Origin: Lytechinus pictus
Taxonomy: Eukaryota
DNA length: 64,000 nt
Direction: 5' to 3'
NCBI RefSeq assembly: GCF_037042905.1
Contig: NC_087253.1
Coordinates: 19,282,001 to 19,346,000 of the forward strand
The translations under genes were made by a program, and so were the position numbers. Below are positions 63,947 to 64,000 of the stretch, in pieces; the first letter of the stretch is position 1, and each line of letters begins with the position of its first letter. The notes under the pieces were generated by a model that was not told where the DNA came from, ran no database searches, and saw only the letters and a program-made list of their open reading frames with translations.

Positions 63947-64000
63947 CAGTGGCGTAACTACGGGGGGGCATGGGGGGGGGGCACGTGCCCCCCCCCCCCC
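63947..64000. mobile_element. Start of a hAT-like MITE, truncated by the window edge
   Basis: CAGTGGCGTAACTAC followed by G-tract/C-tract architecture. Confidence 0.5.

Overview
Eukaryotic, AT-rich, repeat-dominated genomic DNA with two assembly gaps (9401-9580, 12366-12798). The repeat repertoire suggests a marine invertebrate, probably a sea urchin or other echinoderm (inference). Only two host genes are supportable, and they are convergent: a spliced DEATH-domain + NHL-like beta-propeller gene (+, about 49435-51893) and an intronless aminergic-like class A GPCR (-, 55473-56840) that lacks both D3.32 and the C3.25 disulfide. The rest is nested mobile DNA: a fragmented Penelope-like element (PLE; RT + GIY-YIG) split by two LINEs and a 2.4-kb foldback element with a 6-bp TSD, several L2/Crack-CR1-group LINEs sharing a covarying 3' stem-loop, a PIF/Harbinger element (transposase + MADF/Myb gene), non-autonomous hAT-, Kolobok- and Sola-like elements, and SINEs. 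The most striking object is at 40806-43053: five near-identical 405-bp tandem units plus an inverted 5' piece, inserted in a (TA)n tract. Each unit carries a fully paired 72-nt tRNA cloverleaf with a TCA (UGA-reading) anticodon followed by a T6 Pol III terminator. A 5'-truncated copy of the same 3' end sits in another (TA)n tract at 18538-18599. This looks like a mobile, PLE-style non-autonomous retroelement built around an opal-suppressor-like tRNA. All calls were made by eye; no searches were run.
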